A DNA stretch of 64,000 nucleotides from positions 15,986 to 79,985 of the forward strand of contig JBQLZK010000030.1 in assembly GCA_052168235.1 (NCBI GenBank). The letters are read 5' to 3'. This DNA is from Thainema sp. (GTDB lineage: Bacteria; Cyanobacteriota; Cyanobacteriia; Phormidesmidales; Phormidesmidaceae). The notes beneath the pieces are model-generated. The model worked only from the letters and a program-made list of their open reading frames with translations, was not told the DNA's origin and ran no database searches. Below are positions 38,053-48,613 of the stretch, piece after piece. Position 1 is the stretch's first letter; each line of letters begins with the position of its first letter. The position numbers were made by a program, and so were the translations under genes.

Positions 38053-40035
38053 CTAATTACCACCTGATGACGGCGGGGATGGAAAGTATTGCCAGATTTT
38101 CACGGTTTTATCGAGGCTGCCGCTGACCACAATGCTGGCGTTAGGGGTTACGGCAACCGATTTTACGGCGTTGGCGTGATTGCTCAAGGTATGCATGAGC
38201 TGTCCAGACTGGAGATTCCAAATGCGGACCGTTGCGTCACTGCCGCCGCTGACCAAAATTTTGCCACTGCTGCTGATGGCGACAGCGTTGACCTCGCGAG
38301 TATGGTCAGTCAGGGTATGCAGCAAATTCCCCGATGCCACATCCCAGAGCCGAATGGTTTTATCTTTGCTGGCGCTGGCGATGATTTTGCTGTCGGGACT
38401 AATGGCCACGCTGTTGATCGAGTTGAAGTGGCCGGAGAACACCTGCGTCATTTCGCCCGTTTGCAGATTCCACAGGCGCACTTTATTGTCTAAACCGCCG
38501 CTGACCAGAAGCTGGTTTAGCGGATCAAGTGCGATCGCTTTAATCATGCCTACCGAACCCGTCAGGGTTTGCATCAGCTCTCCACGCTGTATGTTCCAAA
38601 TTCGAATGGTTTTATCTTCACTGCCGCTGGCGACAAAGCGGCTGTCTTGGCTGATTACGACCGTGTTCACATCGCGTGTGTGTTCGGTGAGCGTGTAGAC
38701 TAAAGCACCTGTGCTAAAATCCCAGAGTTTGACCGTATCGTCATCGCTACAGCTCGCCACGATGCGACCGTCGGGACTGACCGCCACATCATTCACGCCC
38801 CGCGAATGGCCCTTGAGCGTATGAATATTTTGACCCGTGCGGGCATTCCACACCTTGACTGTGTCGTCCATGCCGCCACTGACAATGGATGGCGGCTTTA
38901 AACATAAATCAACCGCCATCACCCAAGAGCCATGCCCTTCTAGCGTACGAATGCAGTTCCAACCCGTACGGCGACCCGAAGTCGGTGGACGTAAGGGGCG
39001 CGATCGCGGCGGCGAGGTGGGCGGTGAAGTCGGTGGAGAAGAGACAGCACCAGGCGGAGAAGACGAAGGTGAAGATTGTGACTCTTTACGAGACGGCAAG
39101 GCCGAACGCGCCTCAGAAGAATATGTATTAGCGTCTCCTCCAGCCGATGCATTGAGATCCTTCAGTACCTCATCGACTGACTGGTATCGCTGACTGACCA
39201 AATCTTCCACCAGCTTGTTCAACACGTTGGCCAGGGCATCGCTGACATAAATTTTGCGTCGTTCTAGCTTCTCGCGCCACAGCCACTTACCGTCCAGGGG
39301 ATTGTAAAGCTCATCCGGACGAGTCAGCGTCATCAGGTACAGGCACGTCGCTCCCAGGCTGTACAGATCGCTGGATGGATAGACCTTGCCGCTGCGCAGT
39401 TGCTCAATTGGCGAGTACCCTTCGGTGCCAATTTTGGTTCCCGGTTGCGACAACCCCTCTGCCGTCAACTGTTTCGCCACGCCAAAGTCAATCAGCACTA
39501 CCTTCTGGTCAATGCTGCGCCGAATAATATTAGACGGCGTGATATCGCGATGCACCACTTGCCGCTGATGCACAAACCTCAGAATCGGCAGTAGATCATT
39601 TAGGACAGCGCGAATTTCGACCTCGTTAAATCCCTGTTTCTCCTGTGCTTCCTGAGTCAGTGTTGGCCCTTCAATAAACTGCTGGACTAAATAGAGATAC
39701 TCATCTTGCTCAAAATAGGCCAGCAGCGCCGGGATCTGCGGATGTTCGCCCAGTTCATGCAGCCGCACCGCTTCTTGGTTGAACAAACGGATCGCTTTTT
39801 CGAGCGACTTCGTGCCCTGGGTCTGAGGCGCAAACTGTTTGATGACGCACTTTGTCTGGAGGCGATCTTCATCCAGCGCCAGATATGTCCGCCCGAATCC
39901 GCCCTGACCAATCAGTTGCACAGGCCGATAGCGTCCCCGTAGCGTCGGCATCAATCTCTCACCACAGTGCTGGCAGAAGTCTTGATCATCCGGATTCTGG
40001 GGTCGCTGGCATTTAGGGTTCAGGCAGCAGATCAT
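38053..40035 (-). CDS. Ser/Thr kinase with WD40 repeats
   Basis: CCLNPKC...CQHC N-terminus, GQGGFG, HRD, DFG, ~7 GH...WD repeats. Confidence 0.95.
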   Translation of the reverse strand: MICCLNPKCQRPQNPDDQDFCQHCGERLMPTLRGRYRPVQLIGQGGFGRTYLALDEDRLQTKCVIKQFAPQTQGTKSLEKAIRLFNQEAVRLHELGEHPQIPALLAYFEQDEYLYLVQQFIEGPTLTQEAQEKQGFNEVEIRAVLNDLLPILRFVHQRQVVHRDITPSNIIRRSIDQKVVLIDFGVAKQLTAEGLSQPGTKIGTEGYSPIEQLRSGKVYPSSDLYSLGATCLYLMTLTRPDELYNPLDGKWLWREKLERRKIYVSDALANVLNKLVEDLVSQRYQSVDEVLKDLNASAGGDANTYSSEARSALPSRKESQSSPSSSPPGAVSSPPTSPPTSPPRSRPLRPPTSGRRTGWNCIRTLEGHGSWVMAVDLCLKPPSIVSGGMDDTVKVWNARTGQNIHTLKGHSRGVNDVAVSPDGRIVASCSDDDTVKLWDFSTGALVYTLTEHTRDVNTVVISQDSRFVASGSEDKTIRIWNIQRGELMQTLTGSVGMIKAIALDPLNQLLVSGGLDNKVRLWNLQTGEMTQVFSGHFNSINSVAISPDSKIIASASKDKTIRLWDVASGNLLHTLTDHTREVNAVAISSSGKILVSGGSDATVRIWNLQSGQLMHTLSNHANAVKSVAVTPNASIVVSGSLDKTVKIWQYFPSPPSSGGN

Positions 40036-40212
40036 CGATGGGTAGAAGCACTAAACGGCAATTGGCAGGGCAGCGATCGCAAATGGCAAACCATTCAACG
40101 ACACTATGCGATGATTCTCTAAAGCTTATCCCAGAGCCTTCCGTTTAATAGCGACAAGATTCACAATTCAGAATCTTTCGGATCACAGGTTTGAGACGTT
40201 TCGGTCACTTAA

Positions 40213-40314
40213 TATGAAGTCCGGTTAAAAACCTATAATTTATTTTTTGTGAAACGCTTGCGGAGCAAGCGTTTCACAAAAAATAAATTGGGTTCTTATA
40301 CACAGACTTGACAT
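40213..40314. repeat. MITE-like palindromic element
   Basis: 25-bp perfect hairpin 40237-40289 with GGA loop; imperfect terminal IR. Confidence 0.7.
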
Positions 40315-40325
40315 AACAATGTGGT

Positions 40326-40405
40326 GGAATTGCTGATTTTAAGTCTGAATTGCGATGTAGGGTTGGTGTCCCTACATCACCATTCATCCCAGATTAAGCA
40401 GCGCC
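40326..40405. repeat. MITE-like element (GGCGTTGCT family), copy 2
   Basis: Reverse complement aligns with 20940-21020. Confidence 0.8.
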
Positions 40406-40565
40406 GCGAGAAGAACTCTAGATATTTCTCAGATAGATTCAGTGTTCCCACGCAAATGGTTTTCCTGTCAGTCGGGGAATAGATTCCTTACAATCGGTAT
40501 TCAGGTGATAACCCAACCTAGAGATAGCGCATTTATAGACAGTTTAGAGAGATCTGCGATCGCAC

Positions 40566-41258
40566 ATGGATATTAGCCAACTTCGCAAAGAGTATACCCA
40601 GGCTGGACTGACCCAAGACACAATTAATCCCAATCCCTTTCAGCAGTTTGAGCTGTGGTTTAAGCAAGCCTGCGATGCAGATTTACTGGAACCGAACGCA
40701 ATGGTGATCGCCACGGTATCCGCGACGGGACAGCCCACCCAGCGCACCGTGCTGCTGAAGTATTTTGACACCAACGGCTTTGTCTTTTTCACCAACTACG
40801 AAAGCCGCAAAGCCCAGCAGATTGCCGAGAATGATCAGGTCTCGCTCCTGTTCCCCTGGTATGCCTTAGAACGGCAGGTTCACATCACGGGCACAGCAGC
40901 AAAAATCCCTACGGCTGAATCGCTGAAGTACTTCCTAACGCGGCCCCGTGGCAGCCAGTTGGGCGCGTGGACATCGCAGCAAAGCTCGGTGATTTCGAAT
41001 CGTCAGCTTTTAGAGATGCAGTTCGAATCGATGAGGCGCAAGTTCCAAGATGGCGAGGTGCCGCTGCCGCCATTCTGGGGTGGTTTTCGAGTGCGACCAA
41101 CGAGCTTCGAGTTTTGGCAAGGTCGCCCCAGTCGATTACACGATCGGTTTCTATATACGCTGACAACCTCGGCTAGCGCGGCATCATCGCATGAATCCAC
41201 GAAGCAGCCTGATTTAGCCAATCCAGAACTCTGGGATATTAACCGCCTGTCGCCATAG
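40566..41258 (+). CDS. pdxH: Pyridoxamine 5'-phosphate oxidase
   Basis: RTVLLK, FFTNYESRKA, EFWQGRPSRLHDR. Confidence 0.96.
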   Translation: MDISQLRKEYTQAGLTQDTINPNPFQQFELWFKQACDADLLEPNAMVIATVSATGQPTQRTVLLKYFDTNGFVFFTNYESRKAQQIAENDQVSLLFPWYALERQVHITGTAAKIPTAESLKYFLTRPRGSQLGAWTSQQSSVISNRQLLEMQFESMRRKFQDGEVPLPPFWGGFRVRPTSFEFWQGRPSRLHDRFLYTLTTSASAASSHESTKQPDLANPELWDINRLSP

Positions 41259-41305
41259 AACAAGGCTATTCTTTCACCTGAATCAGAATTCAACCGCAGA
41301 CATTG

Positions 41306-41374
41306 TGTAAGGGCGGGTTTCGTTGACCAATTTGATCTTGAAACCGCAATTCGTCGGCTAAACCCGCCCCTACA
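41306..41374. repeat. REP-like element
   Basis: TGTAAGGGCGGGTTT...AAACCCGCCCCTACA. Confidence 0.7.
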
Positions 41375-41380
41375 GAAGGT

Positions 41381-42229
41381 TTAGGATTTTGTAGAATTTT
41401 CAATCGAACGCAGACCAAAGCGACGCTGTAGGATCTGATCCAGCCAGGGACGGGGCAAAACGGTTTTCAAAAACGGCAACAGTCTGCTTTTCTTACCGAT
41501 ACGTAGCACAGCAGGCGGATTTGGCCGCAGGGCCGCTTGAACCAAACGGGTAGCAAAATCCTGAGTCGGTGTCGCATCAACTTGAGACAGTTCAGCTCTA
41601 GCGCGAATCGTATCCTTGATACCGGAATACCAGGACTGATCGGTTAAGTTCGCCTCCGTGCGCTGACGAGCCGCAGTGCCGAAGTCTGACTGAATGGCTC
41701 CGGGCTGTACCGTCATCACTCGAATACCAAACGGTGCTAGCTCCATTCGTAGCGCATCCGATAAACAGTGCAGGGCAGCTTTAGACGAAGCATAGGCACC
41801 GGAAAACGGCGTAGGCATGATGCCGGAAATGCTGCCGATGTTGATGATCAGGCCAGATTGTTGCGATCGCATCATTGGTGCAGCAGCCTGAATCAACTGC
41901 AATGGCGCAAACAGATTGGTTTCAAACTGCTGTGCGAGCTGATCAACAGACACATCAAGCAACGGTGTAAACAGACCATATCCGGCATTATTGACCAGCA
42001 CGTCTAACCGCTGCTCCTCCCGCTGAATCTCGGTGAAGACAGACCGAATCTGGTCAGGGTTAGTCACGTCCAGCTCTTTGGTCAGCATTCCAGCCTCTTG
42101 CAAGGGCCGCAGTGTCTCCAGCCGCCGGGCCGTTGCGATGACGCCATACCCAAAGCGGTGAAATTCGTATGCCAACGCACGACCAATTCCAGATGAGCAA
42201 CCTGTAATCAGAACAACTTTTTGACGCAT
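41381..42229 (-). CDS. SDR oxidoreductase
   Basis: ITGCSSGIG, NNAG, YASSK. Confidence 0.93.
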   Translation of the reverse strand: MRQKVVLITGCSSGIGRALAYEFHRFGYGVIATARRLETLRPLQEAGMLTKELDVTNPDQIRSVFTEIQREEQRLDVLVNNAGYGLFTPLLDVSVDQLAQQFETNLFAPLQLIQAAAPMMRSQQSGLIINIGSISGIMPTPFSGAYASSKAALHCLSDALRMELAPFGIRVMTVQPGAIQSDFGTAARQRTEANLTDQSWYSGIKDTIRARAELSQVDATPTQDFATRLVQAALRPNPPAVLRIGKKSRLLPFLKTVLPRPWLDQILQRRFGLRSIENSTKS

Positions 42230-42326
42230 TTTGCGTTTTTTATTCCATCATCCATCCACGCTATCACTCATCCACCCCCATCACTCAGGACTCAAAACAT
42301 GAGGTGAATGAATAGATAATCAAACT

Positions 42327-42366
42327 GTGGCAACCGCTACAAATAGCGAAACCTTATTATTACTAT
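42327..42366 (+). promoter_or_regulatory. Possible NtcA-type promoter upstream of nblA
   Basis: GTG-N8-TAC (one mismatch to GTA-N8-TAC), TACTAT 20 nt downstream. Confidence 0.4.
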
Positions 42367-42527
42367 TGGTACATTTTGGCAAGTTTTGTTGCTGAATCGT
42401 AATACTCCGTGTTAAGTTAGTTTACAAGAAGATATGTAACGCCGCAGCTATACAGATACGAGCAGGTTTGCTAGTTGGGTGTTGCTCAATCTCGGTAACC
42501 CCTTCACTTCGTGTTAAGGAGACGGAC

Positions 42528-42725
42528 ATGGACAGTTCTGCGCAATTATCTCTCGAACAGCAATTTAACTTACGGACATTCTCTGATCAGGTTCAGCGGA
42601 TGTCCCGCGAACAGGCTCAGGAGTTCTTGATTAAGCTGCAAGAGCAAATGATGCTGCGGGAAAACATGTACCAAGCCTTCTTGCGTAAGGATTGGGGACT
42701 AGATTCTGACGCAATGTCAATCTAG
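42528..42725 (+). CDS. nblA: Phycobilisome degradation protein NblA
   Basis: LSLEQQFNLRTFSDQVQRMSREQAQEFL...W; AAGGAG RBS. Confidence 0.93.
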   Translation: MDSSAQLSLEQQFNLRTFSDQVQRMSREQAQEFLIKLQEQMMLRENMYQAFLRKDWGLDSDAMSI

Positions 42726-42793
42726 CTTGCTTTAGCTGAACGGTTCGCGGTCTTTGGAATCATTGTTCATTACTGATAGCAGAGGTAACTTTC

Positions 42794-42937
42794 ATGGATA
42801 ACCAAGAGCAAAAGTTCGGTTTTACAGAATTCGCAGAAAACTGGAATGGCCGTTTGGCTATGCTCGGTTTCGTTATTGGTTTGGCAACTGAATATCTAAC
42901 TGGACAAGGCATCCTGTCTCAGCTAGGCCTAATGTAA
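42794..42937 (+). CDS. hli: High-light-inducible one-helix protein (HliC-like), 47 aa
   Basis: MDNQEQKFGFTEFAENWNGRLAMLGFVIGLATEYLTGQGILSQLGLM; ExxNGRxAM motif; AGAGG RBS; below the ORF-track cutoff. Confidence 0.95.
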   Translation: MDNQEQKFGFTEFAENWNGRLAMLGFVIGLATEYLTGQGILSQLGLM

Positions 42938-42957
42938 GGTGCTTTGATATTTGATGA

Positions 42958-42990
42958 AACAGGCCTCGGTGCAGTGCATCGAGGCCTGTT
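42958..42990. terminator. Terminator after nblA-hli
   Basis: AACAGGCCTCG...CGAGGCCTGTT. Confidence 0.75.
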
Positions 42991-43070
42991 TGCTTGGCAT
43001 TCAAAACGTGAGGCGAAAGGAGTAAGGAGTGAGCGCGATTCAGCACTTAGTCTTAATCATCGCTGTATGG

Positions 43071-44963
43071 CTAGTTTGCGACGATCGCAGTTTGAGCTTG
43101 ATTCGACGGGGCTAGAGGAAGTTGAATTGTAATGATCAAGGTGCGATCGCGATTGGTGGCAGTGATGGTACCGTTTAGGCTTTGAACGAAGCGTTTAACT
43201 AACGCTAAGCCTAAGCCGGTACCGCGATGCTGCCAGCGATCGGATTGGGGCAATCGATAGAACCGATCAAAGATGTGATTCAGCTCTTGCGGCGGAATGT
43301 GAATGCCAGAGTTGCTGACTTGAATCAAAACAGTATCCTGCAGCCGACGGGCAGAAATCTGAATTGTTTCACCCGCTGGTGTGTATTTAATAGCGTTTTC
43401 CAGAAGTTCCCGCGTAATTCGCTGGATTCGCTGACCGTTGAGGGCCAGATTGTTGAGATCCGCTGCAAGATTGACGTGTAAAACACGAGCATGCTGCTGT
43501 AATTGATCCTGATATTCACTCAGCAGTTGCTGGATCAGCTCCTCTAAATCTAGCTGTTCTCCCCATCTAATAGGCAGAACGGATATGGCCGTGTTGTCTG
43601 AGACGGACTGCCGCAGATCGCTATCATCAAGCGAAAAATCCAGCAAATCGTTGATCAGATCAACTTCCCGCTGACATTCGGTTTGTAGAATATCGAGATA
43701 CTGCTGTAAGCGGGGCTTGATGTGTAACGGCACGATAGTAGTTGTTATCTGTGCCGAATCTACCGGATTTAATAGTGTCGGATCAAGCTGAGCCAACATA
43801 ATGCTGAGCATTTGGGTGGCCATTTTAATGCTGGCCATCGGCGTTCGCAATTCATGGGAAATTGTGCTTAAGAAATCATCTTTAATCTGATTTAAGCGTT
43901 CGAGTTCTTTTACCTGAGCTTGGGCAGCCTGATAGAGCTTGGCTTGGCGTAGCGCAATCACGCACTGATTGGCCACCTGCTGCACTAAGCGAATGTCTTC
44001 TGCTTTAAAGCCGTAGTAGCTCTGATTAATCAGCCAAATGTCGCCAATGACCTGATCTTGGTCAATCAGCGGTACAGCCAGCAGTGCTGAGCGGCCTCGT
44101 TCGGGGTGGGGCAGCAGGGAGCAAAATTGAAATGACGTACCCTGTAGCAGCTGATTATAAAGTTCCGGAAATTTTTCCATCTGTGCCACTCGGCCTTGTC
44201 TCGATCCTGCCGAATGGGTAGACTCGTACACCACTTTTGAAACATTCTGATCTAAATCATAGAGTGCTGCATTGCAGCCATATACACCAACTGCGATCGC
44301 AAGTTCCTCAACCGCTGTTTGTAAAATTTGCTGCTCGTTTAGGCTGTCACGAACCTTATCGGTAATTCGTTTCAGAGTCGCTTCAAACTGATTTGCTAGC
44401 TCCAGCTGCACCGTCCGCAGCTTCACCTGCCGCTCTAGGGACTGATTGAGGTGCCGCAAATTATTCTCGGACTGTATCGCATCGGCGGCTTCCATAGAGG
44501 CAGAAACCGACGCCAGCACCGATGATGATTCCGCCACATTCAGGATCTGGACAATGCTAAGCGGGTCGATCTGCGAGTCGTCCACTGGTAGCAGTGCTTC
44601 TTTAAGCAAAACAGGATAAGTTTGGCCATCGGCAGGGCGATAGGTATAGACCATCTCAATCTGCTCAATTTTGCCAGTCCACAACTGATGGTGAAGCGCC
44701 GCATAAGTTGGCTGATCGGGTGCTTGAATGAGTTCTACCAAAGATGACCACTGCGCTTTCTGCACGCTCATCTCAAACGTCATGCAGAACGCTGGATTGA
44801 CATAGACAAAGGTTCCGTTGCGTTGCACAATAGCGGTTCCGATGGGAGCAAAATCAAGAATTTTTTGCCACGATGCCGTCTGCGTCAGCCAATCGCGTAA
44901 GCCGCTCGCTTGATTTCCTCGCGGGTAGCACTGTAAACGATCGAAAGGTGACGGCTTATCCAT
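43071..44963 (-). CDS. PAS-GAF sensor histidine kinase
   Basis: YVNPAFC PAS; GAF; SHELRTP; ENAIKYT; GTGLGL. Confidence 0.93.
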   Translation of the reverse strand: MDKPSPFDRLQCYPRGNQASGLRDWLTQTASWQKILDFAPIGTAIVQRNGTFVYVNPAFCMTFEMSVQKAQWSSLVELIQAPDQPTYAALHHQLWTGKIEQIEMVYTYRPADGQTYPVLLKEALLPVDDSQIDPLSIVQILNVAESSSVLASVSASMEAADAIQSENNLRHLNQSLERQVKLRTVQLELANQFEATLKRITDKVRDSLNEQQILQTAVEELAIAVGVYGCNAALYDLDQNVSKVVYESTHSAGSRQGRVAQMEKFPELYNQLLQGTSFQFCSLLPHPERGRSALLAVPLIDQDQVIGDIWLINQSYYGFKAEDIRLVQQVANQCVIALRQAKLYQAAQAQVKELERLNQIKDDFLSTISHELRTPMASIKMATQMLSIMLAQLDPTLLNPVDSAQITTTIVPLHIKPRLQQYLDILQTECQREVDLINDLLDFSLDDSDLRQSVSDNTAISVLPIRWGEQLDLEELIQQLLSEYQDQLQQHARVLHVNLAADLNNLALNGQRIQRITRELLENAIKYTPAGETIQISARRLQDTVLIQVSNSGIHIPPQELNHIFDRFYRLPQSDRWQHRGTGLGLALVKRFVQSLNGTITATNRDRTLIITIQLPLAPSNQAQTAIVAN

Positions 44964-45312
44964 AGAGTGTGAACGCTTTATCGTCCGTGAAGGCTGCTAG
45001 TGGTGTGTAGAAATCCTGATTTGAGATTCCGTCAATTCGATAGCGATGGCTCATGACGACTCGAAAAACAGCTAGAGAGCAGATACCTAAGGCTATTGTC
45101 TGTATAGATTTTTCATTTAGTGTCCCCATATAACAGGCCTAGATCCCATCCCAAACCTAAAGAAGACATTTAATTTCATTAAACTGGTATAGATGAACTA
45201 AAAACAAGATTGAATAATCCCCGGTCGGGACTCCCTCTTAATTTTTCGAATTTGAGTGGTCTTATGTTTAGCGACCTTTAAAGCCTGCAGCCGTTACTTT
45301 ATCGATTGACAC

Positions 45313-46767
45313 ATGACAAAAAAAATTATCTTTTGGCATCGCCGTGACCTGCGCTTCTCCGATAATCGGGGGCTGGCGTCTGCCCGGCAGGAGAGCGCCA
45401 AGGTGATTGGCGTCTTCTGTCTCGATCCCAAAATTTTGGATCGTGATGATGTGGCTCCGGCGCGCGTTACATATATGTTGGGTTGTTTGGAGGAATTGCA
45501 GCAGCGATATCGAGCCGCAGGCGGACAACTGCTGATTGTACAAGCTGATCCCACAATTGGATTGCCGAAACTGGCTAGGACACTGCAAGTCGATGCTGTG
45601 CATTGGAATCAGGACGTTGAACCCTACGCTCAAAGTCGCGATCGCACCGTTGCCGATGCCTTAGAAAAAGAGAACATCACGGTCAAAACTGGCTGGGATC
45701 AGCTGCTTCACGCTCCCGGCGAGATCCTGACCAAGACATCGGATCAGCCCTACACGGTCTACACCCCCTTTTGGCGCAACTGGAATAGTCAGCCAAAAGG
45801 GGCTCCCTATGCGGCACCGACCGGACTGGAATCGCTGACAGAAGCGGAGCAGAAAGCGGCCCAGGCAGCGGGTGTGATCGAACTGCCCAAGCCGGAAGAT
45901 TTAGGATTTCGCTGGGACGGAATTATCCCGCTCAATCCGGGTGAAACGGCGGCTCAAGAACGACTGGACGCATTTTGTGACGGTGACCAGCAATCAGCCC
46001 GAGATCGCGGTTTGTGGGAATATGACGAACAGCGCAACTTTCCTGCTCATCCCGGTACCTCCCAGCTCAGCGCAGCCTTAAAATTTGGTGCAATCGGCAT
46101 TCGCCAGGTTTGGCAGGCGACTCAGGGCGCTTACAGCCGTGCCCGCAGCGATGACAGCCGCGCCAATATTCAATCCTGGCAGCAAGAGCTAGCTTGGCGC
46201 GAGTTTTATCAGCATTCCCTCTATTTCTTCCCCCGTCTAGCCGAGGAACCATACCGCGACGAGTTTCGCGATTTTCCTTGGGACAACAACGAAGAACATT
46301 TCCAAGCCTGGTGCGAGGGACGAACGGGCTACCCTATTGTCGATGCTGCCATGCGGCAGCTCAACACCATCGGCTGGATGCACAATCGCTGCCGCATGAT
46401 TGTGGCTAGTTTCTTAACCAAGGATTTAATCATCGACTGGCGCTGGGGCGAAAAATACTTTATGCAGAAGCTGTACGACGGTGATTTGGCCTCTAACAAC
46501 GGTGGTTGGCAGTGGAGCGCTTCCTGCGGGCTTGACCCAAAACCGCTACGGATTTTTAATCCGGCTAGTCAGGCGCAGAAGTACGATCCCGAAGCGGAGT
46601 ATATTCGGGCCTGGCTACCGGAACTCCGCAGCGTTGATACCGAAGCACTGGTTACAGGTAAAATTTCTCCGTTGGAGTGTGCTCGCTGTGATTATCCCAC
46701 TGCTATTGTGGATCACAAGCAGCAGCAGCGAGAATTTAAGGCCCGCTATCAGGCCCAAAAGGGCTAA
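45313..46767 (+). CDS. phrB: Class I CPD DNA photolyase
   Basis: [50 protein letters not shown]. Confidence 0.93.
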   Translation: MTKKIIFWHRRDLRFSDNRGLASARQESAKVIGVFCLDPKILDRDDVAPARVTYMLGCLEELQQRYRAAGGQLLIVQADPTIGLPKLARTLQVDAVHWNQDVEPYAQSRDRTVADALEKENITVKTGWDQLLHAPGEILTKTSDQPYTVYTPFWRNWNSQPKGAPYAAPTGLESLTEAEQKAAQAAGVIELPKPEDLGFRWDGIIPLNPGETAAQERLDAFCDGDQQSARDRGLWEYDEQRNFPAHPGTSQLSAALKFGAIGIRQVWQATQGAYSRARSDDSRANIQSWQQELAWREFYQHSLYFFPRLAEEPYRDEFRDFPWDNNEEHFQAWCEGRTGYPIVDAAMRQLNTIGWMHNRCRMIVASFLTKDLIIDWRWGEKYFMQKLYDGDLASNNGGWQWSASCGLDPKPLRIFNPASQAQKYDPEAEYIRAWLPELRSVDTEALVTGKISPLECARCDYPTAIVDHKQQQREFKARYQAQKG

Positions 46768-46858
46768 CGTTCAGTGGTGTGAAGCAAAAAAAAATCCAGG
46801 TCGAAAGACCTGGATAAGCAGAAGCATATTCTCCCTATGTGTCTAGACTCACAGATGC

Positions 46859-47248
46859 CTAAGCAAGTGTTTCCGGACAGTAACCGAGTCCCGATACAAA
46901 CTGCTTGCGAAATTCTTCAATTTCACTGCCGTTCGGATTACCATGAGACACAATTGCCACCTGATAGCGACGCATAATATCCACTGGAGACTGGCCGATT
47001 TCCAATCCCCATAGCGCCATCCGAACGCGATCGCTGGGTTCGAAGGGAACCCCAACCTCATTGAGGAAAGCCCTCATATCTGCCTCGTCTTCTGGATCTA
47101 GCAGATGGCCAAGCTTAATCTTAATGATCCATCCATCGATTTGATGAATTACTGTCACAAAACGAACGGGCAACCATTTCATGTTGTGTAGGTATTCCAC
47201 CACCCGAAGTGTTAGACTCGCATTCGCAAGGTAGTAAATGTATTCCAT
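46859..47248 (-). CDS. Cyanobacterial hypothetical protein
   Basis: MEYIYYLANASLTLRV...GLGYCPETLA; hairpin terminator at ~46794-46814. Confidence 0.8.
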   Translation of the reverse strand: MEYIYYLANASLTLRVVEYLHNMKWLPVRFVTVIHQIDGWIIKIKLGHLLDPEDEADMRAFLNEVGVPFEPSDRVRMALWGLEIGQSPVDIMRRYQVAIVSHGNPNGSEIEEFRKQFVSGLGYCPETLA

Positions 47249-47439
47249 AGCGCCAAACGGGTAGTTTGTCTGAATTCTCTACCTGTATTGTCGCAACTTA
47301 GACCAATGTCTAACAGGGGAGATGCACCCGACCTCCATAAGGGGTTCCCCCCAATCCCCCAAATGTGATCCCGGTCGCGATTTCAATACTTCCAGCAGTT
47401 TGAATGAGGAACCAACTGTCTTCTCCTTAGCTTCTACTT

Positions 47440-48567
47440 ATGACTAATTCATCGCCCAACATGAATCATCCTGAAGACCTTACTCTCGCGGCCTATCAGT
47501 ATGATTTACCAGACGGCAAAATCGCCCAGAACCCAGCCATGCCACGGGATCAGTCACGGTTGCTGGTTGTAGAGTCATTGACTCAACATCAGCACTGTAT
47601 TTTCCGGGACATTACCCAGTTTCTCCAGCCTGGGGATTTGCTGGTGCTCAACGATACGCGGGTAATTCCAGCTCGCCTCTATGGGCGTAAGGTCGGGGGA
47701 GCCACCATAGAAATCTTGCTCTTGGAAGAACAAGCTCCGCTGCAGTGGTTGGCGCTGGTGAAGCCTGGACGCCGTCTCAAACCGGGGGCCGTGATTCAGT
47801 TTGCTTTACCGGAACAGCTAGCCAGCGTCGATCCGCAGGCTGAAACGTTACCCAGTCCGATACTGAGCGCTACGGTATTGAGTACAGATGAGGCCACGGG
47901 AGGCCGCATTCTCCGGTTTGAGCTGCATACTGATGAACCGTTGGTGACAGTCATCGAAAAACTGGGACAGGTGCCGCTGCCGCCCTATATTACTCAGTCC
48001 CAAGCGCCAGCCGAATGCTACCAGACCATTTATGCTCGCCAGCCAGGAGCCGTAGCCGCACCGACAGCGGGTTTGCACTTCACGCCAGAACTGTTCGAAG
48101 AGTTAACCCAGCGGGGAATTCCTCAAGCTTACCTAACCCTACATGTAGGGCTGGGTACATTTCGTCCGGTTGAAGCTGAGACGATCACGTATCACCAGAT
48201 GCACGAGGAGCGAATCGAGATCCCACCCGATACAGTCGAGAAAATTCAGCAAACCAAAGCGAATGGTGGTCGTGTGTTTGCTGTAGGAACAACGGTTACC
48301 CGTGCTCTAGAGGGAGCAGCTCAAACGGGCTCACTGCAACCATTTGTCGGCAAAACCGACCTATTTATTTATCCGGGCTACCAGTGGCAGGTAATTGATG
48401 GATTGATTACCAATTTTCACCTGCCCGGTTCCAGCCTGCTGATGTTGGTGAGCGCCCTCATCGGTCGCCAACGACTGCTGGATTTGTATGAAATTGCGAT
48501 CGCAGAAGACTACCGATTTTATTCTTTTGGCGATGCCATGCTAATCCTGCCAGAGGCGCGAATTTGA
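47440..48567 (+). CDS. queA: S-adenosylmethionine:tRNA ribosyltransferase-isomerase
   Basis: [41 protein letters not shown]. Confidence 0.97.
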   Translation: MTNSSPNMNHPEDLTLAAYQYDLPDGKIAQNPAMPRDQSRLLVVESLTQHQHCIFRDITQFLQPGDLLVLNDTRVIPARLYGRKVGGATIEILLLEEQAPLQWLALVKPGRRLKPGAVIQFALPEQLASVDPQAETLPSPILSATVLSTDEATGGRILRFELHTDEPLVTVIEKLGQVPLPPYITQSQAPAECYQTIYARQPGAVAAPTAGLHFTPELFEELTQRGIPQAYLTLHVGLGTFRPVEAETITYHQMHEERIEIPPDTVEKIQQTKANGGRVFAVGTTVTRALEGAAQTGSLQPFVGKTDLFIYPGYQWQVIDGLITNFHLPGSSLLMLVSALIGRQRLLDLYEIAIAEDYRFYSFGDAMLILPEARI

Positions 48568-48613
48568 TGTCAGGGAAGTGTGACCTTGTCTCAAAAAAGT
48601 AGACAGATAAGTT

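Noticed and set aside
38089..39193. Plus-strand ORFs over the WD40 region
   Set aside because: Antisense shadows of the kinase gene
43900..44400. GAF domain as a cyanobacteriochrome
   Set aside because: No recognisable DxCF/CH bilin-binding motifs
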